The notes beneath the pieces are model-generated. The model was not told where the DNA came from, did no database searches, and saw only the letters and a list, made by a program, of their open reading frames with translations. A program made the translations under genes and the position numbers. Positions 1 to 13,542 of a stretch of DNA of 64,000 nucleotides are shown piece by piece (positions within the stretch are counted from its first letter, which is position 1; each line of letters starts with the position of its first letter). Origin of the DNA: Owenia fusiformis (taxonomy: Eukaryota); contig CAIIXF020000001.1 of assembly GCA_903813345.2 (NCBI GenBank), positions 38,316,001 to 38,380,000 on the forward strand, read 5' to 3'.

Positions 1-740
1 ACACGGTTTACAATAGTTCATATAAAATAACGAGGATCAACTGTATTGATTAATGACAACTTAATAGTGAGATGTTGTTGGTTTGTTTCGCAAGAATTGC
101 ACGTAATAATCAGTTTAACATTAACGTAATCTTATATTGCTGGGTTTTCTGATGGATGTGCCTTGTCTTGTTCGCAATAAGCACAATCGCAGCTTGAATA
201 ACAAAAGGCAGGAAGCCGAGAACAACTATTGTGAGATAGAGTATCGATATTATTTAAGGATGCTGGTTGTTGCTTTCAAGATTGTATCAGTTTTCTGCAA
301 GCACCAGGGCTTTTTGGGACAATCAGTTATCAACAAAACATTAAAAATATTGGTCGTGAGAAAAAGTCATCCTTGAGTTTACAGGTCATTAACAAAATAT
401 ACATGAGTCAGAGCACAGGAAAAGATTTTCAATAATCTGATTTTTTGTTTGTAATTAGGACAAAGACACCTTTTAAAGAGCCATGGCTTGTGTCTTACAA
501 TTTTTTCCTTGCAGATGTAGACCAAAAAGGCGGATTTGCATTTAGCACAATTTTCTTCTTAATCTAAGGCACATTTTTGGCTCTGTAGCACAATTTCAAT
601 ATATGTGATAAGACTGGTTTTCCTGTGGCGAGGCTCATTGAATGTTGGCTGGTGCAGCTAATGTTAATGAAATCTTTCTACACATTTCTCTTAATATCAA
701 ATGCAAACTAATAATATCAAAACATATTAAAACATGTTAA

Positions 741-1725
741 CACGGGGTACCATCGAATAATTTTGGCAACGTACCGGAGAACGACATTTTACTAAGAAAT
801 GGCAATAATTTAGCACAATATATTTTTTAACTAGAGTTCTATTTTGATTTTGACAAAAGTAAGTATTCCATGCAATAACTATTTCATTCATGAGTTTGTA
901 GGAATTCTGTTGGAACCCAGTTCTGATCAAATACGAAGTTATTGAAATCGGGGCAGACGGACTTTACTCCGAAAGATGGTTTTTCGATTATAACTTTTCA
1001 CAACATTTAAGTATAGACTTTTGAAAAAAGTACAGAATAGTCCTTATACTTTTGAATAATTCTGTTATTTCTGATTCACACGACTCTGATTTGTTTAATT
1101 AAAAAAAAAGTTTTAAAAATATTACTTAGGAACGTAACCGGAGCAGATCAGTTGAATTATTTAATCAAAAAAATTAAAATATATGATTTAAAGCACATAT
1201 ACTAATTTAAAAACATACGGGATTGTTTGAATGCGTATTTATTAATATATATGCTTTAAATCATATATTTTATTTTTTTAAATTATATAATTCAACTGAT
1301 CTGCTCCGGTTACGTTCCCAGCTCCGGTTACGTTCCTAAGTAATATTTTTAAAACTTTTTTTTTAATTAAACAAATCAGAGTCGTGTGAATCAGAAATAA
1401 CAGAATTATTCAATAGTATAAGGACTATTCTGTACTTCTTTCAAAAGTCTATACTTAAATGTTGTAAAAAGTTATAATCGAAAAACCATCTTTCGGAGTA
1501 AAGTCCGACTGCGCCGATTTTAATAACTTCGTACTTGATCAGAACTGGGTTCCAACAGAATTCCTACAAACTCATGAATGAAATACCCATTGCATGGAAT
1601 ACTTACTTTTGTCAAAATCAAAGTAGAACTCTAGTTAAAAAATATATTGTGCTAAATTATTGCCATTTCTTAGTAAAATGTCGTTCTCCGGTACGTTGCC
1701 AAAATTATTCGATGGTACCCCGTGG
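741..1725. mobile_element. ~1-kb palindromic (foldback) MITE flanked by TTAA (piggyBac-like target)
   Basis: CACGGGGTACCATCG... and ...CGATGGTACCCCGTGG, with ~460-bp near-identical inverted arms; TTAA at 737-740 and 1726-1729. Confidence 0.85.
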
Positions 1726-2098
1726 TTAAGTGGTAGAGTAGGTCACTACTGGTGCACCATTTGGGTTGATATTACCGATTTTACATTTTAGAAATGTATG
1801 GTTTGATTTATTGTAAAATGCAGAGTTGTGTTGTCATCATTTCTACCCCTTTTTATTATAAAGAGGTATTACCATTTCTGGTCTTAGTTTACATTGCCCC
1901 CCATCCTTTTTTCACATCCCTTGTTTTCATTAACACCTCTCTCAAATACGATCTTGAACATCAACGCCATCGACAACCTTTTGGAGGCGTTTATGTATTG
2001 TATAATATGGACATTATTAATAATGATGCGCATTCCGATGCGCCAATATATCTTTAATATATGTTTTTGTACCATATATCAAACCCACAAAGATTTAC

Positions 2099-2735
2099 CT
2101 GACGTATGTGTATATATTATATTTGGTTCATAAAAATGCACTGCATTTGAAGTTGTAGATGATACATCGTATGTTGCCTCAACTGATCCGTGGACTATGT
2201 AGTAACAAGACAACATATCTTCATGCGTCCTTTTTGTTATGTATTGGAATGCCTTGATCTTTTCATAAGTGATAACGTAACTAAGTATTTCTTTGACGTG
2301 GTCAAGATCTTTATGAATAAGTTTTAAACCATCAACAACGCCTCTCATTGTCCCTACAATATGTTTACTTATTGGACGGTCATCCGACTCATTGAGCAAA
2401 ATCTCCGCGTTTTGTTCCATAATTTTTCTTGCGGCTCCAGTGATGATTACCGCTCCCCTCGACGAAAATAGCCTCTTGTTAAAGACAGGAGGTAACTCTC
2501 CATGTTGATTGGTTTTCTCCTCATGTTTGGCTAAAGACTGCTCTCTCTCCCTTGTTTTTTGAGTTTCTTCATTGAACTTTTTGCGATCTTGTAATTTTCT
2601 GATTAAATTGAACATGTTTTCTGATTTGATGTTTCCTGTTGTTTCCGAATTTAGGATATTTGTAACGTTGTTGGAAAATTCTCCATTCTTAGTTGATTTG
2701 GGTTTGCCTTGATTGGTCGATTTAAACGATATCAT
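2099..2735 (-). CDS. First coding exon of a cyclic-nucleotide-binding-domain (CNBD)-containing protein; downstream exons not located
   Basis: The 218-codon ORF ends in the first half of a cNMP-binding fold (LSYVITYEKIKAFQYI...CYYIVHGSVEATY...IIYTHTSG). A phase-1 donor g|gtaaat at 2098 falls where the G(D/E)xFGE motif would be expected to follow. Confidence 0.65.
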
Positions 2736-2807
2736 TTTCCTGAATTGCTTTTTAAAAACCGACGCTTGTTGGATCGATCATCCGTTGGAGCTAGGATGTG
2801 CTACTTA

Positions 2808-2820
2808 GTTGCTTAGTAGC
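2808..2820. promoter_or_regulatory. RFX X-box-like motif upstream of the CNBD gene
   Basis: GTTGCTTAGTAGC (reverse complement GCTACTAAGCAAC) about 75 nt upstream of the ATG; imperfect match to the X-box consensus. Confidence 0.3.
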
Positions 2821-3267
2821 AGAGCCCCCAGACTCATTAATTAATGAGATTATTGTTATTTATACCCATGAGCGCCCCAAGATATCATATGTGTCTCCGT
2901 CGTACTATTCTTTAAGTGAAGTGTGGAAACAACAGCCCATCGATAAAAATATACAATATATCCCAGGTTGCCAACGCTGGCAATGATTTTTGATGCACAA
3001 TGTCTCGAAGCATGCAAAGATTCGATACATTCATCAATATTCTATGATGTTATCCCGCTTTCTTTATATGTTTCTTACCTCTGGGATTACATGACGTCCC
3101 TGTAAACAAACCAACTCTGATATCGATCAGGAAGATGAGTGGTATAAGAACTTGAGTTAAAACTTGGAATGTCATGTTGAGTCATCAACAATGAAGTGTC
3201 GCCATTTATCCAATGTCTACCATCATTAGGGAAATAGATACCATTGATTATATTGACCTTCGATGTA

Positions 3268-3898
3268 TGTTACGCGGTAAACACGATACAAAAATATGTC
3301 ATATTCCGCAACGAATATGGCATATTCACTTGCGGTGTATGACAGATTCACCTGCGGTATATGGCATACACACTAACCAATGAGAACGTGATACGGAAGT
3401 ACGCAATTGTCAATTGCATCGATCGAATGAACAAGTAAAACGTTATAAATTATTAGAATGATAACTGAATCAACAGTACTGTGTATCGAATATATTAATT
3501 TAGCAGAAGTATCAGTCACCAATCTCGCGTAATAAACTTACTCAATCAATCCAGGATTCATATATTAGTACTCGACGCACTAACTATATTGGTAATCCAG
3601 CGTAGTTTTACATTAAGAGTCGATTCTCGCAACCAATCAAATCAAGGCTTTCTGTATCACGTTTTCACCTGCGATATATGTCATATTCACCTGCGGTATA
3701 TGGCATATTCCGCAAGTGAGTATGACATATTCCGCAAGTGAGTATCGGGTATTCACTGAAATCAATGTATCGCATATTCACTGCGGAATATGGCATACTC
3801 GCCTGCGGAATATGCCATATACCGCAGGTGAGTATGGCATATTCACCCGTATCACAAATACCGCGCAACCATGGATGTATGCCATATACCGCGTAACA
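3268..3898. mobile_element. TG...CA element with 12-bp TIR and 5-bp TSD (Ginger-like MITE or solo-LTR-like), copy 1
   Basis: TGTTACGCGGTA...TACCGCGTAACA; TSD ATGTA on both sides; internal ~22-bp repeats (tatggcatattcacctgcggta). Confidence 0.85.
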
Positions 3899-5221
3899 AT
3901 GTATACCATTGAAGAAATCTTTCCTTTTTTGTGGACGGCCACAGGAAAATATATCCATTATGCGAATGATGCGATTTCAGACAACTTTTTGAAATTAAAA
4001 AGGGTCTGACTTATTTGATCTTGATAACTGAACATTGATTCACAGATAGCTAGGTCCCGGGTATCTCGCATCCTTTGGCCTTGACCAAGATTCATTGATA
4101 TGTAATAGCTTCATCAATTTCATAATTCAATAATTGGCCTTTCCGATCAATACAATTTACTCGTTTCTTCTTAAAATATGTGTCAGTAAAATATAATAAT
4201 AAAATACTATTTTGGTACTTGAACATAAAATATAGAATTATCCGTTTACAAAATTGTTTCGTCGTGTGTCATCAATCAAATATCTTGGCAATTCTGCAAG
4301 AAAAGCGGGACGTGGCATTTTTAACATTGCCTAGTACCACTAGTTTTAACCTAAAATAGAATGTATAGTAAGTGCTTTATATTATTTCCAAAAGATCGTC
4401 CAAGTTGTTCGTTGTAAATCGACCGACTTTCCAATTGCTTGTTGAAATCTATTTTTGCAAATATAAGCTAGGTAGTATTAATTATTCCCACTTTTCGGAT
4501 GTCAAGAAATGATTTAACGAAAGGTAACTAATCCCATTGGCGTCTATGAAAAATAGAGAAAAACAGAACTTACCAAAAAGGCAATTTATACACTGAAAAC
4601 ATCGATCGACAATAAATTTGAAAAACATCTGCCAGGTGGACTATTCGTGTTGTTGATTATATTATACTCCTTTTCAATTATATTCTTTTCAGATTGTCGT
4701 GTTTCTTCAGCAAGCCATACAGTGGTTTCAGCTTTTTCTAATTCAGATATTTTATAGTATAATATTTTATAGTGTAACTTCATTTTTGTTTATTTTATAT
4801 TGTTTTCAGATAGATGTCACTGTATGTATTCCCCGGATGTATTCTATTATCCTTTTCGTTGTTTTCTGTAATAGTCCAGGCTTCAGCATGGGTTTTGGGA
4901 AGTATAAGGGCCACTTGATAGACATAATGTTTCTGAAAGATGGCTTCATTTAGCATCAATTCATATATGTCTGGGTCTTTTTAGTTTGTGGACGAAGGAT
5001 TCTGAGCAGTTTTACCCCCCTAGAATAATATTTCAGGGGGGTACTATATTATCATTCTATAAAATCAGTTATACATTAACTATAGCACTGATTTATACAT
5101 ATTATGTTGCTAGCACTGTAGTCAAGTGTTTCCCAAAGTTATAGGGAGATATGTTGATCGGTTTGGAAGAAAATATAATTTATCGAAATAAAAAGCATAG
5201 TTTCGTTATCTTTTTATTTTC

Positions 5222-5567
5222 ACCAATCTTATTTTTGCAGCTTCAGAGAAATAATAGTCAGTAATAGTGCTCCAAGTAGTAATCAAAAATCATTTCCAGG
5301 CTATTTGTGACATTGTAATATAAGGAATGTAATGATTGAGTACTATTTTGTATTTGTAATATGGATTTGTTGACCCCTACCCCTTACCCCTTTTTAGTCT
5401 TACCGATTTTATTGTTGCAGCTTCAGAGAAATAATAGGCAGTTATAGTGCTCCAAGTAGTATTCAAAAATCATTTCCAAGCTATTTGTGACATTGTAATG
5501 TAAGTAATGTAATGATAAAGTACTATTTTGTATTTTTAATATGGCTTTGTTGACCCCTACCCCTTAG
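5222..5567. repeat. Two-copy tandem duplication (~180 bp unit)
   Basis: The block gcagcttcagagaaataatag...ttgacccctacccctta occurs twice in tandem. Confidence 0.75.
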
Positions 5568-6874
5568 AAATACAAGAATGCGGAGATGGCACAATTGGAT
5601 CAGAAATTCTATGATGACTACTTATGTCCTGCCTTGTATAATATTTCTTCAAGAATATGTTTCACAAATGTCATAAAACACAAATTTCTTGGGTCAAAAG
5701 CCTGTTTCAATGTTTATATATAGACCTAGAGGATGGGAATTTATGGGCTGAAAGATATGAGCCGAAAGAAAATAATGTACATGCTAAGAATGCCTATTAA
5801 TATAGAGTGCATGATGTAAAGTTTGACATAATTAGAATTTTCCTAGTGAACATGAAAATTATACATTCTCAAATATTATGCAGCATTCAAAGAGTCCTGA
5901 GAGTAGAGACTTTCAAAAGTATATTGTTAAAGATGCATTATGCCATAGGTGTCTCCCCCAGACAATCAATGATGTCCTATGGTTATTGCTCATATAATAT
6001 CTCACATACCATGGATATATCTTGAGAATAACTTTTGGGTATATTATTGCCGAAATATCGGAAATAATCGACAGAATAACCAGACTCCAGAATTAAACAC
6101 AATCGACTCCTCGACTAGCGAGGGGAATCCCCATTGAGTCACACAAGCGCCCACAAGCGACTTGAAACAGGCAGCCAATCAGGTTTATGATAAGCAAATT
6201 CAACGACCAATCAGATAACTGGAGGACTTTCCCGGTATCTTGAAACTTCAGACTGAATTAATTTCTTCGAAAATAATTAGATCGGCCAGCACAATCGCAA
6301 AATTAACACTGAAAGAGGGGGATTTGGGACTTCTTCTTTTGTAAGTAGATGGGTATATATGTGGTGAAACTTAACATGCAAAAAAGTCCAGAGGGGTCTT
6401 GATTGTGCTTTCCTATGGCATAGTGCCTCTTTAATAACAGGAATTTTCACTATATTTGACTCTCTATTAATGCTTCCAGGGTGGGGAAGTTGACTCAATA
6501 GGTTACTCCCATGATTTGAGTTTGACAGCTCAATCTTTGTTTTGTCAAAACCTCAACCACTTCCCATGTGGGGGTCTCACGCAAACCTTTGAATTATGCT
6601 CAATTGCACATGGGTAAAGGGGATATTTGAACAAATAATTTTGGAATAAGTGAGAAAAGTCCAGTCCTTCTCCCTTATTGATTGAATGAAATGGGGGGAG
6701 GGGGAGTCATTCGGAGTTTCTTCAGAGTCAGAGGTACATGCAAACTTTATCTATTGTAGAATCATTTTTAGATATAAAAGGAATATTATAAGAAATACTT
6801 CTGGACAATCATTTCTGTCTTTCTCCTTTTGCTCATGGATAAAGTGGAGTAGATGGGGGTTAAGTCATCTTCAT

Positions 6875-8319
6875 AGGAGTGGTATCGATATGGTGAACTT
6901 TTTGAATACACATTTCTCTTAAACCAGTCAACAAACATTCTGAAAATTTTACACATCGTCAATTTAATGGTTATCTTTTGTATGGTAACATTATAATTTG
7001 AAATTTACTTTTCTCTATAAATAACCAACAACTTTGTTCTGGGCTAAGAACCCAATTCATGTCATGCTAGGATGAGAACTATCCAATCGATCAAAATAAA
7101 CTTCAATTTATGAATATAAATACACATATATTTATATACTTTTCTCTATATTGTTTTAGATAACATATGAGACACTTCTTTTGTTCTTGGTATCATATGT
7201 TCGGAATGAAATGAAACGTCTATCCGAACCTCATTGGAACAAAACGACATAAACACAACGTGTGTAGGTCTCTCAATATTGTAATCGTACAAAGGAAGGT
7301 TTGGTTGATATTAAAAAAGGGGTTGCACTAAATACCACCTAGGTGTCCCCATTGAAATGCCTTACTGGCATATTTTACATTTATTTCAAGCTAACATTTT
7401 TCCAAGTGTTAATATATTACATGATAAAGTATTTTCATGAAACTTGTGTAAATGTTTCTGTTTGTTTATGATATTTTTTAATTGTCTTGAAAATTTGATC
7501 GATGTCGAAAAGTCATTTGTTAAATTGTTAGGATAATATTTCATTATTTGCTCACTACAAAATGCTACTATTTTAGCAACTAAAGCAAGAAAAAATTTAT
7601 GTTTCAAATATAAATGCACAATTTAGCATAAACGGTGTTTTATTACTACAAATAAGCAGGTCCGTGAAATAAGTGACAATACATTTGAGCAAAATTCCAG
7701 GTGCCCATTTTTCTAACAATAAAGCTTTCTATATTTTATTTTCGAATCTTCTTTAGAATATTCTCGACTACAAATGATTATTTCAAGTCTATCATATGTC
7801 AAGTTAATATGACAAAGGAAATAATACTAAATTTGAAATATTTACGTGGTTTAATATGGAATTATAAATCCAGGTGCTCAAGGGGACACCTAGGTGTTAT
7901 TTAGTAACACCCTTAAAAAAGTATCTTGTTAATGAAATTAAAGGTTGAACTTAATTTTTATCTATTTTGGGGGGTTTTGTAAAAGTTTTTGCATACTTAT
8001 TGTAAAATCAACCAAATGTATAACTATAATATTGAGAGGTCTAAGAAAATGTTGTATATGCTATTTTGTTCCAACAAGGTTCGGAGAGACATTTCATTCT
8101 CAAGAATTGGTAGAAAGGAACAAAAAAACAATTACACTAAAAAAACAAAAAATGTTAACAAAAACAGTTATATAAAATATATATAAATAATTTTTTCATT
8201 AAATTGTTGCAAATCGGTCAAAATTATATAAAGGACCGTGTTTTTTACAGAATGTTTTCAATAATTGGTTTAAAAGAAAAACATTGTTGAATTCAGTTCA
8301 CCATATCGATACCTATCCT
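6875..8319. mobile_element. Non-autonomous TIR element (AGG...CCT termini, Kolobok-like), copy 1, carrying a nested insertion
   Basis: AGGAGTGGTATCGATATGGTGAAC...GTTCACCATATCGATACCTATCCT; the interior is collinear with 13543-14263. Confidence 0.75.
7319..7912. mobile_element. Nested MITE with GG...CC termini and 8-bp TSD
   Basis: Imperfect TIRs containing CACCTAGGTGTCCCC / GGGGACACCTAGGTG; TSD TTAAAAAA; absent at the equivalent site (~13851) of the second host copy. Confidence 0.75.
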
Positions 8320-9726
8320 TTTTCTTGGGAGCAAAAACTGTTTACAGTTCCAAACATGACCCTCTGAGGTAGTATATATAAGCTTTATAAGTCATATTAC
8401 GATTTCCCTTGAAGCACAAACTGTAAACAGTTCCACACACCACCCTCAGAGGTACATATATATGTGCACTTTATCTACTGTTGAATCTCTTTATGGCTAT
8501 GTTATTAGAAATACCTTTGGAATAAGTGACTGCTGTCTATCTCCTTTTGTTATAGTATTTTGTGGATGGTGTTAGAGGGTTGGCAGTTGGCAGTCAATGG
8601 TCAACATCTGTAGCAAATGGCAGGTGGAGACATTTAACATCTCCTTTTGTTAATGAATGAGGTGAGGGAGGTTAAGGTAGATTAAAATTCTCCTTGGGAG
8701 CACCATCATCCATCATGTCCATCAGCCATCCTCTATCGATGAATTGGGAGGGATAAGTCATATAAGAATTTTCCTCCTTTGTTAATGGATGGGGTGAGGG
8801 GAGGTTAAGGTACAACTGTCGATTAAAGTTCTCCTTGGGAGCACAAACCACAAAGAAAACATTATACAGTTTCTTAACCCTCAGAGAAACGGGTGAAATG
8901 TATCAACTGTAGAATCTTGCCATGGCTTTAAAAGGTTTGCTTTATGAGCTACTTTTGGAGTAAGTGAGTATATACTCATGAACGGAGTGGGACAGGGGGG
9001 GGGGTAAACAAATAAAATATATAATCCCTTCATGAATAAATCATATACGAATTTTCCTCGAAAGCACAAACAGCTTACAGCTCTACAACGCATCCTCAAA
9101 GATGCAACTGAACGAGTGAGAATTCTTTCATGGGTAAAGGTGTATTTTAGAGTCACATGTGAATTTAATCAACTGTAGGATTCCTTCAGTGGTAAACAGT
9201 GCATTTAGGAGTGCTTTGTGAATAAGTATGTAACATCAATTGTCCCTATTGAATTATTATAGAGGGGGAGGGGGTATAGAAGATGCTGATATGGCTACTC
9301 CCCATTAAACTATATTTAGTTTTAAGATTGACAGCATAAACTCAATAGCAATTACCTGTTCCCCCTGGAAGGAATCCCTTAGCTGATAAAATGCACACGT
9401 GCCTGCCTGGGTAAGCTATGCTGGACTAGAAAGAGCTCATGCTTCAAGGCATCATTGGGATGTAAACTATTGTACTTTTAAGGATATATTAAATGAAATA
9501 ATGAGCATACAAATGCAGACTGATGCATCTGAATAAGAATAGTAAGACCTTGACTTATAAAGAGAAATTCTTGATAAAATTTTAGAAAAAGAAAAATATA
9601 AAAACAAGAATTTAACATGAAGAAATGACCCTTTAGACTAACAAAGGCATCCAGAATTTTTTTAATAAAAAAAACAGTTGATCATTACAAAATTATAACA
9701 TTATTCCATACAGTCGAAATGTTGAG

Positions 9727-10545
9727 GCATGCGCAGACCTCTATTTAGTGATATTTTCATTTCAAATATGGCGGCCAATCCGATGTCTGACGACCCTTAC
9801 AAAGAATCTAGGCAGTTTTCATTTTTACCTCCTGTGAAATAACAAGTGGAATTTAGTAGTTGTTTTGTGTTTTATTATCATTCTGCATCGTAATTCTATG
9901 TGATGTGGTGTTGAAATGTCAACAGAAATACATATCCATACGATAATCGAGTGAATCAGATAACAGATTTTTCGAAAACCCGTCTCGTGCTAAGAGTGTA
10001 AAAACTTGTATTAACATGCTCAAAAGTGCCAATGTGCACATCAATGTCAAGCTAAATCAATGTTGTGTCTAAAACAGGTACCCGATCTACTCAAAACAGC
10101 TTGTCATTCACGTATACACGCTTAGCAAACACGGCGAAATGACCTGAATCTTGGAATTTCGTTCGAGAGCTAGTAATGTTTGCTCCGGTCTTCGTCATAA
10201 GTGTTCATCAGACTTCACGCATGCGCAGGAGAAAAACCATCAACCAATAAGGTTTATAAATCAATTTTGCGCATGCGCCTTACAACGGTAAAGAAATTCG
10301 TATTTATAAACGAACCAGTTTGAGATAACCCGATATCAGTCGGAGAAATCTGACGATCTACGAAACTCACTTCAAAAAATCAAATGCGGACTGACGGCGT
10401 ATTCTACTATGTTTGGATCTAAGATTTTCAGTATAGATAAAGTCTTTTATGATCTTTCGAATGAGGTAAGTCTCTAGTTCGAAAGACAATCGTATCAACT
10501 TGAACAAAGGTTGAGTTTTGACGAAAAATTTTAACATGCGCAGAA
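9727..10545. promoter_or_regulatory. CpG-enriched promoter-like island with NRF-1-like and YY1-like motifs
   Basis: (G)CATGCGC motifs at ~9727, 10218, 10268 and 10535; AATATGGCGGC at ~9765; donor GAG|GTAAGT at 10466. Confidence 0.35.
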
Positions 10546-10959
10546 GTCCCATTTTCCTTGTACCATATTGACTGCATAATAGCATGTTTAGGGAAATCAA
10601 CAGGGAATAGAATTTATATTCAAAAGATCCCATATTATAGCTAGATTCCTATATCAGATCCCGTATTGGATCCTGTATCAGCCTAAATCACATATCAGAT
10701 CCTATATCAGAACCATTCCCGGGGATTTCTCTTGATTTTTATGTTTCAGAAAAAAAATTTAATAAATAGGTTATTGATGGTGTCGCAGGAATATGAATTT
10801 TATTTATTTATTCGCCTCGAGAACTATCATATTAACACTCGGGCTATTGCCCTCAGTCAATATGATGTTTTCCTTGGCCAATATCATATTTTCCCTCAGA
10901 ATAAAATTCATATTCCATCCCTCCCATTAAATTACCTCTATATATCACACATACATTTT

Positions 10960-11620
10960 TAAAATGCTACTTGGAGAAGTATTATTACTCATTATAGAAT
11001 TTCTGATCTAATTGTGCCACCTTTGAGCACAAATGAAGTCCTTTGAAGAAGGATGAAACTCAGAACTTATGACACCTTTAAGGATCATTTGCTCCTGAAA
11101 AGTACTTCACTGAAAATGTTTCACTTCAACTTAGACAAGTTTTTACTAAATTTAGACTAAGCAATCACTGCCTTGAAATTGAAAATGGTAGATTGAAAAA
11201 TAAAACAGTCACAGAACGGAAATGTATTATATTGTAATGATAAAAGTGTGAAAGATGAAATGCACTTTGTGACACAAAATTATATGCCAATGAAAGGAAA
11301 AACCTTTACTCATCAATCCAAAAATCGTGTCCATCTTTCACCACGTCAGGCGATGCTAAAAAATTATCATGCAATATAAAACTAATATGTCTAACATACT
11401 CGACTTCATCAACACATGCTATCAGCAAAGAATCAATGCAGCCATTTAAGTACCTAATTTTCCAAACTAGTGTCAAACAAACTTCTCAAAGTTTATGTAT
11501 TTTATTGTATTATTTACAGTGTAGTATTGTATTTGTAGTAGTTTGTTTTATCATCTTATATTGTCGATTTTAGCTATACCCATGTACATTGTATTTGTGG
11601 TAATGCAATAAATAAATAAA
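10960..11620 (+). mobile_element. Degraded 3' end of a non-LTR retrotransposon (CR1/L2-group-like)
   Basis: Translates to RQVFTKFRLSNHCLEIENGR...ERKC...DEMHFV, a typical ORF2 C-terminus, and ends in an (aata)n tail at ~11607-11620. The 5' boundary is approximate. Confidence 0.7.
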
Positions 11621-12600
11621 TATTTACACGGCAAGTGTGACTGCTCCATTACACCTTTTCATAATCCTAATCACACACATCCGTGGAACACTGTTTGAAT
11701 CCAATTTGAATCCCGATATATGAGTCCCAATATGCATATTTATATAACATAGCAAAAATATGTCTTCAATGTGTGAAGCCACAAATGTCATATCTCTACA
11801 TCCTATTGAATAGATATTATTGCACTGCTTAGAAGTCCGATAGCCACCAACTACCGAGTGAGTGGGTCAACTTTTGACTAATCTTTCATATGAGGGTTAG
11901 CATTCATAATATCAATAGGCTATCCCGGACCATGTTGGTTTATTGCATGATAACTATGATTATTATAAAAATAGTGACTGTCATTGAGAGAAATAGTGCA
12001 AAATAAACACTTTAGTGTGCATTCGTTTCATATCCAAACTGACGGCCCAGTCAGCTAAAGTAATGATTACCCAATTAACATTTGAATAGATTTTATTGCC
12101 CACTGCTGAGAAATCCAATAAGGCACCAACTACCAACTACCGTGTGGGGGACGACTTTTGACTCATCTATCGATCTTATCTGTTTACCTAATCTTCAAAT
12201 GACCATTATCATTCATAATCCTGGACCTTTTTGCTTTAATAGCTTTATTGCATGATAACCATTCTGATACTCATAGCATCTCTCTCTGTTGCATAGCAGA
12301 TCTCTCCAGAAGGATAGAGAATCAGATGGAGAGGGCGTGGCTTACCACGATACATGATAACCTGAGGCCCAGGAATATGTTAAAAATGTTTAAAAAGTCC
12401 CCTAGTGTACTGAGTTGGTAATGTGTGGTGTATACATGTATATTACTATATTACTTACATTGAATAAGAATAAGATTGATTTTTTATTAATAGGAATAAT
12501 TTTTTATTAATGACTGTATACCCGGGCCTCAGATGATAAAAACCATCTCAAACTAACACCAAATGACAACATGTTCGTTGGAAACCTCATGAAACAGATT

Positions 12601-13431
12601 CACCCTATGCAGACAGAGCCTGTGGGAAATATTGGGTGCGGAGCAAATGAGCGGAGGGTGCGGAGCTAACGGTCATTTTTGAATTTAAATTTGGGATATT
12701 TCTGAAACTAAGCCGTTTTGGGACTTCAAATATACCAAGATGTGTGTATTTGACACCAAATATCAATACAATTGTGAAAATAGTAGCGCAATGTGCCTTA
12801 AACCTTTCCCAGACCTATATATTTTGAAATTATCCTTTTAATACTGAGTCCGCAGCATTCATAAAAAATGGTGTTCAAGGTACACTATCTATACAAATTA
12901 CTTTTGCATCTTGGAAGCCAGGCAGTATCTGTGTGATTTTATAAAAATTCGGAAATGTTTTTCAGATATGAGCCCCCTCTAAATATTGGGTGCGGAGGAG
13001 CTCCATAAACGTACCTCCGCACCCACTATTTAGAGGGGGCTCATATCTGAAGAACATTTCCGAATTTTTATAAAATCACACAGATACTGCCTGGCTTCCA
13101 AGATGCAAAAATAATTTGCATGGGTAGTGTATCTTGAACACCATTTTTTATGAATGCTGGGGGCGCAGTATTAAAAGGATAGTCTCAAAATATATAGGTC
13201 TGGGAAATGTTAAAGGCATACTGCGTCGCTATAAAATGAATTGCACTACTATTTTCACAATTTTATTGATATTTGGTGTCAAATACACATATCTTGGTAT
13301 ATTTGAAGTCCCAAAACGGCTTAGTTTCAGAAATATCCCAAATTTAAATTAAAAAATGACCGTTAGCTCCGCACCCTCCGCTAATTTGCGCCGCACCCAA
13401 TATTTCCCACAGGCTCTGTCTGCATAGGGTG
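12601..13431. mobile_element. ~830-bp palindromic Transib-like MITE
   Basis: CACCCTATGCAGACAG...CTGTCTGCATAGGGTG, with ~400-bp inverted arms; 5-bp TSD AGATT. Confidence 0.85.
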
Positions 13432-13542
13432 AGATTGTATGATATTTATTAATCACCGATAGTTGGAATATTTTCTAGCGAATACACACTTAACTTCAAT
13501 GATTATATTTCATTGTATAATGTATAAAATATGACTGATAAA

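Noticed and set aside
727..1729. Duplicated small ORFs MIRTGFQQNSYK... on opposite strands
   Set aside because: They are mirror images from the palindromic MITE arms and have no recognisable domain.
1..2098. Next exon of the CNBD gene
   Set aside because: No minus-strand segment with an acceptor and an in-frame (D/E)xFG-type continuation was found; it probably lies outside the window.
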